A DNA stretch of 27,052 nucleotides from Bacteroidales bacterium (GTDB lineage Bacteria; Bacteroidota; Bacteroidia; Bacteroidales; UBA1402): NCBI GenBank assembly GCA_023230125.1, contig JALNXZ010000001.1, positions 1 through 27,052 on the forward strand. The letters are read 5' to 3'. The notes below the pieces were generated by a model. The model saw nothing but the letters and a program-made list of their open reading frames with translations, did no database searches and was not told the origin of the DNA. A program made the translations under genes and the position numbers. Shown here piece after piece: positions 1-7,865 of this stretch; positions within the stretch are counted from its first letter, which is position 1, and each line of letters opens with the position of its first letter.

Positions 1-675
1 AAGTAATGGTGTTAAATCAGAAAACTTGATGTTGTTGTTCTGGGCAAAAGCTTGCATGAACTTGAAGCCTACACCACAGCCCGACAACTGGTCGTAGGGA
101 TAGGTTGAATCGACCCGTTTGGCATCCAGTACGGCGATTGCATCGGGTAGGATATCGTCAGGTACATGGTGGTCGCAAATGATAAAATCGATGCCTTTCG
201 TTTTGGCATAATCGATTTTTTCAACAGACTTGATGCCGCAATCAAGGGCAATCATCAACTTGTAGCCATTCTCTGCGGCAAAATCAATCCCTTTATGGGA
301 AATGCCATAACCTTCTCCGTAACGATCCGGAATATAGTAGCCTATGTTTGATGTAAACTGTTGGAGAAACTTGTAAACCAAGGCAACCGCCGAGGTCCCA
401 TCAACATCATAATCACCATAAATGAGAATATGCTCTTTTTTTTGCAAAGCAGCATTCAGACGTGCTACCGCTTTATCCATGTCATTCATCAGAAATGGAT
501 CATGCAAATCAGAGAGTTGGGGACGAAAAAATTGTTTGGCCTGATCAAAACTTTTAATTCCTCGCTGTACCAGCAGATGCGTCAATATCGGGCTGATCCC
601 CAGCTCTTTTGCGAGGGATTCCTTTTGGGCGGTCTGGTCGGATGTGAGGGTTAAGTAATTCCATTTGTTAATCAT
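1..675 (-). CDS. recJ: Single-stranded-DNA-specific exonuclease RecJ, 5' part (runs off the left edge; not in ORF track)
   Basis: Manual translation from ATG at 675 is open to position 1 (225 codons): MINKWNYL...LHDPFLMNDMDKAV...IYGDYDVDGTS...YIPDRYGEGYG...ALDCGI...IICDHH...LSGCGVGFK, the RecJ DHH-family motifs. Confidence 0.96.
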   Translation of the reverse strand, partial: MINKWNYLTLTSDQTAQKESLAKELGISPILTHLLVQRGIKSFDQAKQFFRPQLSDLHDPFLMNDMDKAVARLNAALQKKEHILIYGDYDVDGTSAVALVYKFLQQFTSNIGYYIPDRYGEGYGISHKGIDFAAENGYKLMIALDCGIKSVEKIDYAKTKGIDFIICDHHVPDDILPDAIAVLDAKRVDSTYPYDQLSGCGVGFKFMQAFAQNNNIKFSDLTPLL

Positions 676-784
676 TATATATATTATTTTTTTCTTTTAG
701 CTACGGATTGAGGCAGTTTTAGCTAACCTCAGGGTCTTCCCAGCCCTTGTGTAAAGCGTCTTGACTGGATTAAATAGAGAGCTG

Positions 785-792
785 TAAAGATA
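785..792 (-). promoter_or_regulatory. Possible -7 promoter element for recJ (TATCTTTA, one mismatch to TAnnTTTG)
   Basis: Minus strand reads TATCTTTACAGC, close to the Bacteroidetes primary-sigma TAnnTTTG motif, about 110 nt upstream of the recJ ATG. No clear -33 TTTG. Confidence 0.4.
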
Positions 793-917
793 GTTCTTTT
801 TTGGGATAATGCTGAAGCTTGTTTGCTAAAGTTATAAAATAATCACTAAGATATTGATTGATAATTTCGAAATCAAAATGTATGATGTACTTCATTCCTC
901 CTTTACCAAATTCTGGC

Positions 918-925
918 TATATTTG
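918..925 (+). promoter_or_regulatory. Bacteroidetes -7 promoter element TATATTTG
   Basis: Exact TAnnTTTG 19 nt upstream of ATG 945. It lies inside the ORF-track N-terminal extension, supporting 945 as the real start. Confidence 0.7.
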
Positions 926-944
926 TACTGAAAATCCAATCAAT

Positions 945-1508
945 ATGAACGAGGAAATAAAAAAAGCTCGAGAAGTGCTTTACAAAGGCGGCGTGATTTT
1001 ATATCCAACCGACACGATTTGGGGAATAGGCTGTGATGCTACCAACGAAGCAGCTGTTCGCCGGGTATATGAAATCAAGAAGCGCTCAGACAGCAAAGCT
1101 TTGCTTGTATTGATAGATCATTCTGTCAAATTGGATTTCTACGTTCAGGAAGTTCCGGAAGTGGCATGGGATCTGGTGGAACTGACAGATAATCCGCTGA
1201 CCATCATTTATCCCGGAGGTCGTAATCTGGCTCCCAACCTTTTGGCTGAAGATGGCAGTATAGGCATACGTGTAACAAAGGATTTATTTTCGAAACAGCT
1301 TTGTGAATGCTTTCGAAAGGCAATTGTATCAACATCGGCCAATGTGAGCGGTGAACCTTCCCCCAGATTCTTTGATGAGATTTCCCCGGAAATCATATCC
1401 GCTGTAGATTATGTCGTGGATTACAGAAGAACGGACAAAACGCCAACCAAAACTTCCTCCATCCTTAAAATTGGAATTGGAGGAAAGATTGAAATAATTA
1501 GAAAATAA
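945..1508 (+). CDS. tsaC: L-threonylcarbamoyladenylate synthase (TsaC/YrdC, short Sua5/YciO/YrdC family), 187 aa
   Basis: YPTDTIWGIGC, KKRSDSKAL and STSANVSG motifs; no Sua5 C-terminal domain. Start moved from 858 to ATG 945 (MNEEIKKA). Confidence 0.92.
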   Translation: MNEEIKKAREVLYKGGVILYPTDTIWGIGCDATNEAAVRRVYEIKKRSDSKALLVLIDHSVKLDFYVQEVPEVAWDLVELTDNPLTIIYPGGRNLAPNLLAEDGSIGIRVTKDLFSKQLCECFRKAIVSTSANVSGEPSPRFFDEISPEIISAVDYVVDYRRTDKTPTKTSSILKIGIGGKIEIIRK

Positions 1509-1593
1509 AAACATACACACTAAAATATATTCTGAGACGTTTTAACTAAACTCAGGGCGGCATAATCTTATTTTTAATCCCGGCTTTTTTGAC

Positions 1594-3006
1594 ATGAATG
1601 ATAAAAAAAGAATTCTGATCTATATCTTGTTTGACTTTTTGTCGGCATTTATTGCTTGGCAAATATTTAGTATCTTTCGTTTCAATGTCTTTCGCCAAAC
1701 CATCTATTTTTCAACGTTGACAGAGTTTTTGTTTTTAGCCAAAGCCATTTGGATGAGCTTTTTGGTGCCTCTCTGTTGGTTGGTGATTTATTATTTCAGC
1801 GGTTATTATGTCCATCCCCGTCGCAAGACCAATCTCGGTGATCTTTTGAATACTGCCATTTGTACATTGATTGGGGTTCTATTATTGTTTTTTCTGATTG
1901 TTGTTGATGACTATCCGGAGTGGCCAGATCTGTATTATGAAATAATCATCGGCTTTTTAATCATCCAGTTTATATGTACATGGATTTTTCGTTTGATACA
2001 GACCGGCCCGCTTATTTATCATCAGTCAAAGGGACGTTATTGTGTTCCAATCCTGATTGTCGGTACAGGTGAAAATGCCCTGAGGGTTTTAGGTGAATTT
2101 AATCAATACCACAGTAATTTCATATATCAGTTAAAAGGCTTTATTCGTACAGGGTCGGAAAAAGAGATGGTTCCATCTGAAGAAATCATCGGTGACATGA
2201 ATCAACTTGGCTTGCTGATTGCTCAATATCAGGTTGAAGAATTGATTTTTGCCATAGATAGTCGTGATCCTGATATGACTCAGCAATTACTGGATCAGTC
2301 CTATATACATTGCCTACCCATCAAGGCCTTTGCTTCTAAGCAAGATATCTTGTCCGGGAAAGTTTCTTTGTTCTCTCTTTTTGGTATTCCGATGATCAAT
2401 TTGACTCCATCGTCCATGTCCGAATGGCAAAAAACAGTCAAGTCATTCTTTGATAGATTCGTTTCTTTGTTGTTACTTATTATATTATCTCCGTTGTATC
2501 TGTATTTGACCATTCGTGTCCGAATAGACTCTGATGGTTCTGTTTTTTATGCACAGGAACGGGTGGGGAAAAAGGGTAGAAAGTTCAATATTCATAAATT
2601 CCGTACCATGTATATGGATGCGGAGCCTGATGGTCCACTCTTGTCGAGTGTGGATGATCCGAGAGTAACACCATTTGGACGTTTTATGCGAAAATACAGG
2701 TTGGATGAGTTGCCTCAGTTTTGGAATGTACTCAAAGGGGATATGTCTTTGGTTGGGCCTCGTCCTGAAAGGCAGCATTTTGTAGACCAGATTGTTGACA
2801 AAGCGCCTCATTATTATTTGATACAAAGTATTCTTCCCGGGGTGACTTCTTGGGGAATGGTGAAATTCGGATATGCTGATACCGTGGAAAAAATGATTCG
2901 GCGTTTGGAGTATGATATCATTTACCTGGAAAACCAAAGTCTGTTAATTGACCTGAAAATTCTTGTATTTACCATAAAACCTTTACTTTCTGGGAATGGG
3001 CAGTAA
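1594..3006 (+). CDS. Polyprenyl-phosphate glycosylphosphotransferase (WcaJ/WbaP-like bacterial sugar transferase), 470 aa
   Basis: Four N-terminal hydrophobic helices, ILIVGTG Rossmann-like segment, then catalytic PGT domain: KSFFDR, KFRTM, DDPRVT, RLDELPQFWNVLKGDMSLVGPRPE, YDIIYLEN. Confidence 0.92.
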   Translation: MNDKKRILIYILFDFLSAFIAWQIFSIFRFNVFRQTIYFSTLTEFLFLAKAIWMSFLVPLCWLVIYYFSGYYVHPRRKTNLGDLLNTAICTLIGVLLLFFLIVVDDYPEWPDLYYEIIIGFLIIQFICTWIFRLIQTGPLIYHQSKGRYCVPILIVGTGENALRVLGEFNQYHSNFIYQLKGFIRTGSEKEMVPSEEIIGDMNQLGLLIAQYQVEELIFAIDSRDPDMTQQLLDQSYIHCLPIKAFASKQDILSGKVSLFSLFGIPMINLTPSSMSEWQKTVKSFFDRFVSLLLLIILSPLYLYLTIRVRIDSDGSVFYAQERVGKKGRKFNIHKFRTMYMDAEPDGPLLSSVDDPRVTPFGRFMRKYRLDELPQFWNVLKGDMSLVGPRPERQHFVDQIVDKAPHYYLIQSILPGVTSWGMVKFGYADTVEKMIRRLEYDIIYLENQSLLIDLKILVFTIKPLLSGNGQ

Positions 3007-3125
3007 ATAACTGTTTTAAATGATATTTCAGGTAATTAGTCACGCTCGTTTTATTAATTCATGTTTTTGGTTTGCAACATTTGTAAAAATTGTTGTTCTT
3101 TGCCGAAACGATAACGGTTGGTTAA

Positions 3126-4904
3126 ATGATAGAAAGTGAGCGGTATTTGAATCTCCTTCGCTGGCGGGAGAAGCATATCAAGGAATCGAATTTAATACTG
3201 ATTCTGAGTTTTGTGGTCGGAATCTTAACAGCCATTGCTGCTTTGGTTTTGAAGAAACTGATAGAAATCATTCAGCATGTACTGACCTCCGCTTTTACCG
3301 TTGATTCTGCCAATTACCTTTATTTGTTATATCCGGCTATCGGAATTTTGTTGGCTTCTCTTTTTGTACGCTATATAGTTCGTGATGATATCAGCCACGG
3401 TGTCACCCATATTCTTTATGCTATTTCCCGCAGACAAGGTCGTATTAAAAGACACAATATGTGGACATCCATCGTCGGTAGCTCCCTAACCATCGGCATG
3501 GGAGGGTCTGTAGGGGCTGAAGCACCTATTGTACTGACTGGTGCAGCCATTGGGTCCAATCTTGGCAGTTATTTCAAGATGAACCACAAGACGCTGATGT
3601 TGTTGATGGGGTGTGGTGCCGCAGGTGCCATCGCCGGTATTTTCAAGGCACCGATTGCAGGACTTTTTTTCACGATCGAAGTTTTAATGCTTGACATGAC
3701 GGCTGCGTTTGTATTGCCTTTGATGGTTACGTCTGTTACAGCAGCTTCCCTTTCTTATTTTGTGACAGGTACTCAACCCATGTTTGAGTTTTCGATGTCT
3801 GAGCCATTTTTGTTAGACAGAATCCCCTGGGCCATTATCCTTGGGATGGCCTGCGGACTTGTAGCCCTTTATCTGATCCGGGGCATGAACAAAGTGGAAG
3901 GTTGGTATCGGAAGATGGGGAATCCTTATTATAAATTATTACTTGGGGCAGCGGCACTCAGCGTCCTGATTTTTCTGTTTCCTCCGTTGTATGGAGAAGG
4001 ATATACGACTATATCACAGCTTATTAACGGCCAGCCTGATATTCTAACAGAAGGCAGTTTCTTTTATGCTTATAAAGACAATGTCTGGTTACTGATCGGT
4101 TATATGTGCCTGATCATTTTTTTCAAGATTTTTGCATCGGCTTCAACCAATGGCGCAGGCGGAGTGGGAGGTGTCTTTGCTCCAAGCTTGTTCGTGGGAG
4201 CTTTGGTTGGTTTTGTCATTGCTCGCTGCTTCAATGAATTGGGTATTTCTGATGTTTCGGAACAAAATTTTGCACTGTTGGGTATGGCAGGCATGATGAC
4301 GGCTGTAATGCATGCTCCGTTGACCGGGATATTTCTCATTGCCGAAATGACGGGTGGCTTTCAATTATTTCTGCCATTAATGATTGTTTCCAGTGTATCT
4401 TATCTCACCATTTTTCTGTTTGAAAAGCACAGCATTTATTCCATGCGTCTGGCTCAGAAAGGGGAGTTGGTTACACACCATAAGGATAAGGCCGTGCTCA
4501 CTCTGATGAAAGTGGAAAATGTGATTGAAAAGGATTTTGATGTGGTTCATCCGGAAATGTATTTGGGTGATTTGGTGAAAGTGATTTCGATGGCCAAGCG
4601 CAATGTCTTTCCTGTTACTGATGATAACGACATTCTTTTGGGTATGGTATTGCTCGATGATATCCGCAATATCATGTTTCGCAAAGATTTGTACATGCGC
4701 TTCAAAGTACAGAAACTCATGATTTCTCCCCCAGCGAAACTTCGTATCACTGACACCATGGAGAAAGTGATGCGGATTTTTGACGATACCAATGCCTGGA
4801 ATTTGCCGGTAATAGATGAAAACGATAAATATGTCGGCTTTGTTTCCAAGTCAAAAATCTTCAACTCTTACCGTAAGGTTTTGGTACATTTCTCAGATGA
4901 GTAG
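3126..4904 (+). CDS. ClC-family chloride channel/transporter with C-terminal CBS pair, 592 aa
   Basis: GSVGAEAP, FKAPIAG, GVFAP and MHAPLTG ClC helical motifs, many TM segments, CBS repeats (VFPVTD, NLPVID). Confidence 0.93.
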   Translation: MIESERYLNLLRWREKHIKESNLILILSFVVGILTAIAALVLKKLIEIIQHVLTSAFTVDSANYLYLLYPAIGILLASLFVRYIVRDDISHGVTHILYAISRRQGRIKRHNMWTSIVGSSLTIGMGGSVGAEAPIVLTGAAIGSNLGSYFKMNHKTLMLLMGCGAAGAIAGIFKAPIAGLFFTIEVLMLDMTAAFVLPLMVTSVTAASLSYFVTGTQPMFEFSMSEPFLLDRIPWAIILGMACGLVALYLIRGMNKVEGWYRKMGNPYYKLLLGAAALSVLIFLFPPLYGEGYTTISQLINGQPDILTEGSFFYAYKDNVWLLIGYMCLIIFFKIFASASTNGAGGVGGVFAPSLFVGALVGFVIARCFNELGISDVSEQNFALLGMAGMMTAVMHAPLTGIFLIAEMTGGFQLFLPLMIVSSVSYLTIFLFEKHSIYSMRLAQKGELVTHHKDKAVLTLMKVENVIEKDFDVVHPEMYLGDLVKVISMAKRNVFPVTDDNDILLGMVLLDDIRNIMFRKDLYMRFKVQKLMISPPAKLRITDTMEKVMRIFDDTNAWNLPVIDENDKYVGFVSKSKIFNSYRKVLVHFSDE

Positions 4905-5027
4905 ACATTATTCCACTATTCTTTTAGAAGGTTTATGTAACGAACTCCGTATTCATTAAACGGAAAAAAGCATGTTTTTGTGAAATCCATGGATCAAAAA
5001 AATGCCTATGGTTTAATTTTATTGCTT

Positions 5028-5035
5028 TATCTTTG
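5028..5035 (+). promoter_or_regulatory. -7 promoter element TATCTTTG upstream of fmt
   Basis: Exact TAnnTTTG 48 nt before the fmt ATG in an AT-rich spacer. Confidence 0.65.
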
Positions 5036-5083
5036 AATAAATTTTTCAGGAGTCGGAGCTGCTGATTTTATGTTTGTAAGAAT

Positions 5084-6055
5084 ATGAACAAGAAAAATTT
5101 GAGAATAGTTTACATGGGAACACCCGATTTTGCGGTGGAACCTTTAAAAGTGCTGGTTGAAGGTGGATATCAGGTTGTCTGTGTTGTTACGATGCCTGAC
5201 AAACTTGCGGGTCGAGGCATGAAGCTTCAGCTTTCACCTGTCAAGAAATATGCGCTGTCTCAAGACTTGCCATTGCTGCAGCCGGAGAAACTTAAAGATC
5301 CGACTTTTCTGAAAGAACTGAAATCTTTTCATGCAGAACTTCAGATAGTTGTTGCATTTAGAATGCTTCCTGAGGAGGTGTGGACCATGCCTTCTATGGG
5401 CACTTTTAACCTGCATGCCTCGCTTTTACCTCAGTATCGGGGTGCTGCTCCCATCAACTGGGCAGTGATAAACGGTGAAAAAGAAACTGGTGTGACCACA
5501 TTCTTCCTTCAGCATGAAATCGATACCGGAGATATGCTGTTTCAGGAAAAAATCGGGATCGGTCCCGATGAATGTATGGGTTCTGTCCATGACAGACTGA
5601 TGGAACTTGGCGGACGAATGGTTCTGAAAACGGTCGATGCGATGATTGATGGTTCTGCTCATGCCCGTTCCCAAGATGTTATGATTTCAGATAGAACAGC
5701 ATTGAAGTCTGCTCCAAAGTTGTTTAAGGAAAATACCAGGATTGACTGGACGCATGAATGCGTTCAAATTCATGATTTTATCCGAGGTCTGTCACCATTT
5801 CCTGTCGCTTGGTCTGAATTGCACTCAGCCGAAGGTGAAATGTTGGGTGTGAAGATTTTCGAAGCCGGATATGCATTGAAAACGCATGGTCTTGAACCCG
5901 GAACGCTCGTCACTGATGGGAAAAAGGAGCTCAAAGTGGCTGTTAATGATGGATACATCATACTGAAAAGATTTCAGCTTGCAGGTAGAAAAGCGTTGGC
6001 AACCGATGAATTCTTACGTGGATTTCCCAGGATTTCGGACTATACTTTTGTCTGA
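5084..6055 (+). CDS. fmt: Methionyl-tRNA formyltransferase
   Basis: VYMGTPDFAV, PDKLAGRG, NLHASLLPQYRGAAPINWA, IDTGD motifs. Confidence 0.98.
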   Translation: MNKKNLRIVYMGTPDFAVEPLKVLVEGGYQVVCVVTMPDKLAGRGMKLQLSPVKKYALSQDLPLLQPEKLKDPTFLKELKSFHAELQIVVAFRMLPEEVWTMPSMGTFNLHASLLPQYRGAAPINWAVINGEKETGVTTFFLQHEIDTGDMLFQEKIGIGPDECMGSVHDRLMELGGRMVLKTVDAMIDGSAHARSQDVMISDRTALKSAPKLFKENTRIDWTHECVQIHDFIRGLSPFPVAWSELHSAEGEMLGVKIFEAGYALKTHGLEPGTLVTDGKKELKVAVNDGYIILKRFQLAGRKALATDEFLRGFPRISDYTFV

Positions 6056-6178
6056 AAATTTAAAATAATTATAATTTATTTGGTTTTCTTTAAAAAAGTT
6101 CTTTTATTTGCAACCCAAACCTTTAAATCCATTTGCCTATCGATCTACTGCTACTCTTTGATTTTTAAAGAAAGTACA

Positions 6179-6772
6179 ATGGACACGATTAAAACGATGA
6201 CCGACGAACAGCTGGTCGACCTGTTTTCAAATGGAAACAATCAAGCTTTTGATATTTTATTAAACCGGCATAAAAACCGCGTTTTCACGTACATACTTGT
6301 TATTGTGCGTAATCGGGATTTGGCTGAAGATATCTTTCAGGAATCATTTATGAAAGCCATCATCACCATCAAGCAGGGAAGATATGTCGACAACGGCAAA
6401 TTCTATTCTTGGGTGACTAGAATTGCTCATAACCAAATCATTGACCTTTTTAGAAGGGAACGCAATGAAAATACCGTCAGTAATGAAGAATTTGCTGAGG
6501 TTGATTTGTTCAACAATTCCAAGCTTTGTGATGACAATGTAGAAGACATGATGATACGTGATCAAGTGTTTCGAGATGTTCGAAAACTGATGCAACATTT
6601 GCCGGATAACCAGCAGGAAGTTGTCCGTTTGCGTTACTATGAGGATTGCAGTTTTAAGGAAATTGCAGATATGACCGGCGTCAGCATCAATACAGCATTG
6701 GGACGTATGCGCTATGCTGTTTTGAATATGCGGCGCATGGTAGAAGAGAAGTGCATATCATTGGTATACTGA
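6179..6772 (+). CDS. ECF (sigma-70 group 4) RNA polymerase sigma factor, 197 aa
   Basis: Region 2: AEDIFQESFMK...SWVTRIAHNQIIDLFRR. Region 4: LPDNQQEVVRLRYYEDCSFKEIADMTGVSINTALGRMRYA. Start moved from TTG 6080 to ATG 6179 (MDTIKTMTDEQLV). The region-4 end resembles, from memory, the Porphyromonas gingivalis SigH clade. Confidence 0.95.
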   Translation: MDTIKTMTDEQLVDLFSNGNNQAFDILLNRHKNRVFTYILVIVRNRDLAEDIFQESFMKAIITIKQGRYVDNGKFYSWVTRIAHNQIIDLFRRERNENTVSNEEFAEVDLFNNSKLCDDNVEDMMIRDQVFRDVRKLMQHLPDNQQEVVRLRYYEDCSFKEIADMTGVSINTALGRMRYAVLNMRRMVEEKCISLVY

Positions 6773-6883
6773 GTTCTAGGCTTGCTTCTTGAACATATTC
6801 AGAAAGTGTAAGAATTATATTGAGTTTCTAATATAATATGTGAGTAAATTCTCCGTTTTATTAGAAACTTATTTTTTATGCCT

Positions 6884-7045
6884 ATGACTCAAAATTTTAC
6901 ACCGAATTTAAATCCGCAGAAAAGGGTTAGAAGAGTATCCGCTCAGCCATCTCAAGCTACCCTCAATTTTTTAAGAAATTTTGCCAGGACCTATTCGCCA
7001 AATCTAGGAAATTTGAGTGAAAAGGCAAATTTGATCCCTAATTGA
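6884..7045 (+). CDS. Small basic hypothetical protein, 53 aa (55 aa from alternative ATG 6878); below the ORF-track cutoff
   Basis: Manual translation MTQNFTPNLNPQKRVRRVSAQPSQATLNFLRNFARTYSPNLGNLSEKANLIPN*. Co-oriented, fills the sigma-rpe gap, and the P-S-x-x-T-L-x-F-L-R-x-F-A-R-x-Y core matches my recollection of small Bacteroidetes proteins found downstream of this ECF clade. Confidence 0.72.
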   Translation: MTQNFTPNLNPQKRVRRVSAQPSQATLNFLRNFARTYSPNLGNLSEKANLIPN

Positions 7046-7124
7046 GACTTCTTGAAGTCTGTACGAGTATGACAGAAGTCATTCCCTCTAGGTTTGACTT
7101 CCGTCTTTTTGTTGGTTGGTATTG

Positions 7125-7159
7125 ATGCTTCACTTTCTTTGAGCATTTCTTTTTTTTTT
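7125..7159 (+). terminator. Weak intrinsic-terminator-like hairpin with U-tract before rpe
   Basis: ATGCT(T)CA-7 nt loop-TGAGCAT at 7125-7146 followed by TTC and ten T (7150-7159). Stem is weak. Confidence 0.3.
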
Positions 7160-7190
7160 GTTCCTTTGTGATTAATAAAAATTTCCAACT

Positions 7191-7832
7191 ATGCGCATGG
7201 TAGCACCTTCCTTATTATCCGCAAATTTTTTGGATCTTCGGGTGGATATTGAAATGATTAATAATAGTCAGGCTGATTGGTTACATCTAGATGTAATGGA
7301 CGGCGTTTTCGTACCGAATATTTCTTTTGGATTTCCTATTATGAAGCAAGTGTCGAAAATTTGCATAAAGCCATTGGATGTCCATCTGATGATTGTGGAA
7401 CCTCAGAAATTTGTGAAACAGGTACGAGACCTGAATGCTTATATGATGAATGTTCATTATGAAGCTTGTACGCACTTGAACCGTACCATTCAGGAAATTC
7501 ACAAGAATGAGATGAAAGCTGGTGTTACCCTGAATCCACATACACCGGTCGCTCTTTTGGAAGACATTGTTACAGATCTGGATTTGGTCTTATTGATGTC
7601 TGTTAATCCTGGATTTGCCGGACAGTCCTTTATTAAAAATACCTACAAAAAAATAAGGGATCTGAAGGAATTGATTCTCCGTAGGAACAGCAAGGCACTG
7701 ATACAGATTGATGGTGGTGTCTCCGATCAAAATGCTGCTGCTCTCTATGATGCCGGTGCTGATGTCCTGGTTGCCGGAAGCTATGTCTTCAACTCTCCTG
7801 ATCCAAAAAATGCAATCATTAGAATTAAATGA
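7191..7832 (+). CDS. rpe: Ribulose-phosphate 3-epimerase
   Basis: APSLLSANF, HLDVMDGVFVPNI, DVHLM, MSVNPGFAGQ, IDGGV, VAGS motifs. Confidence 0.98.
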   Translation: MRMVAPSLLSANFLDLRVDIEMINNSQADWLHLDVMDGVFVPNISFGFPIMKQVSKICIKPLDVHLMIVEPQKFVKQVRDLNAYMMNVHYEACTHLNRTIQEIHKNEMKAGVTLNPHTPVALLEDIVTDLDLVLLMSVNPGFAGQSFIKNTYKKIRDLKELILRRNSKALIQIDGGVSDQNAAALYDAGADVLVAGSYVFNSPDPKNAIIRIK

Positions 7833-7865
7833 TTAATTAATCTAATATTTACAAAATATTAATCA

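Noticed and set aside
695-731. Resemblance of the recJ leader to SAM-II (GUAGCUAAAA tail) or preQ1-I (GAGG/CCUC stem) riboswitches
   Set aside because: The SAM-II 5' GAUUU and UUGCA elements and the preQ1 loop and A-rich tail are absent, and recJ is not a logical target. Kept only as an unnamed candidate structure.
696-825. Stop-free reading frame of about 40 codons on the minus strand upstream of recJ (...SLFNPVKTLYTRAGKTLRLAKTASIRS*)
   Set aside because: No ATG after the upstream in-frame TAG, and it overlaps the putative promoter.
858-944. N-terminal extensions proposed by the ORF track (858, 6080, 9488, 24150, 26489)
   Set aside because: At 858, 9488 and 26489 the extension overlaps a TAnnTTTG promoter element; all five extensions lack family-like sequence, and downstream ATGs give typical N-termini.
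1535-1563. AGACGTTT (like Bacteroides invertible-promoter repeats) and GGCGGCAT (ops-like) upstream of the sugar transferase
   Set aside because: Only partial matches, no second inverted copy enclosing a promoter, and no recombinase or UpxY gene in the window.
4965-4994. CATG-centred palindromes (AAAAAGCATGTTTTT, ATCCATGGAT) in the ClC-fmt spacer
   Set aside because: Short and low-complexity; expected by chance in AT-rich intergenic DNA.
6991-7188. 65-aa minus-strand ORF in the sigma-rpe gap
   Set aside because: Antisense to the surrounding operon, overlaps the better-supported plus-strand small ORF, Lys-rich from reading a T-tract, no motif.
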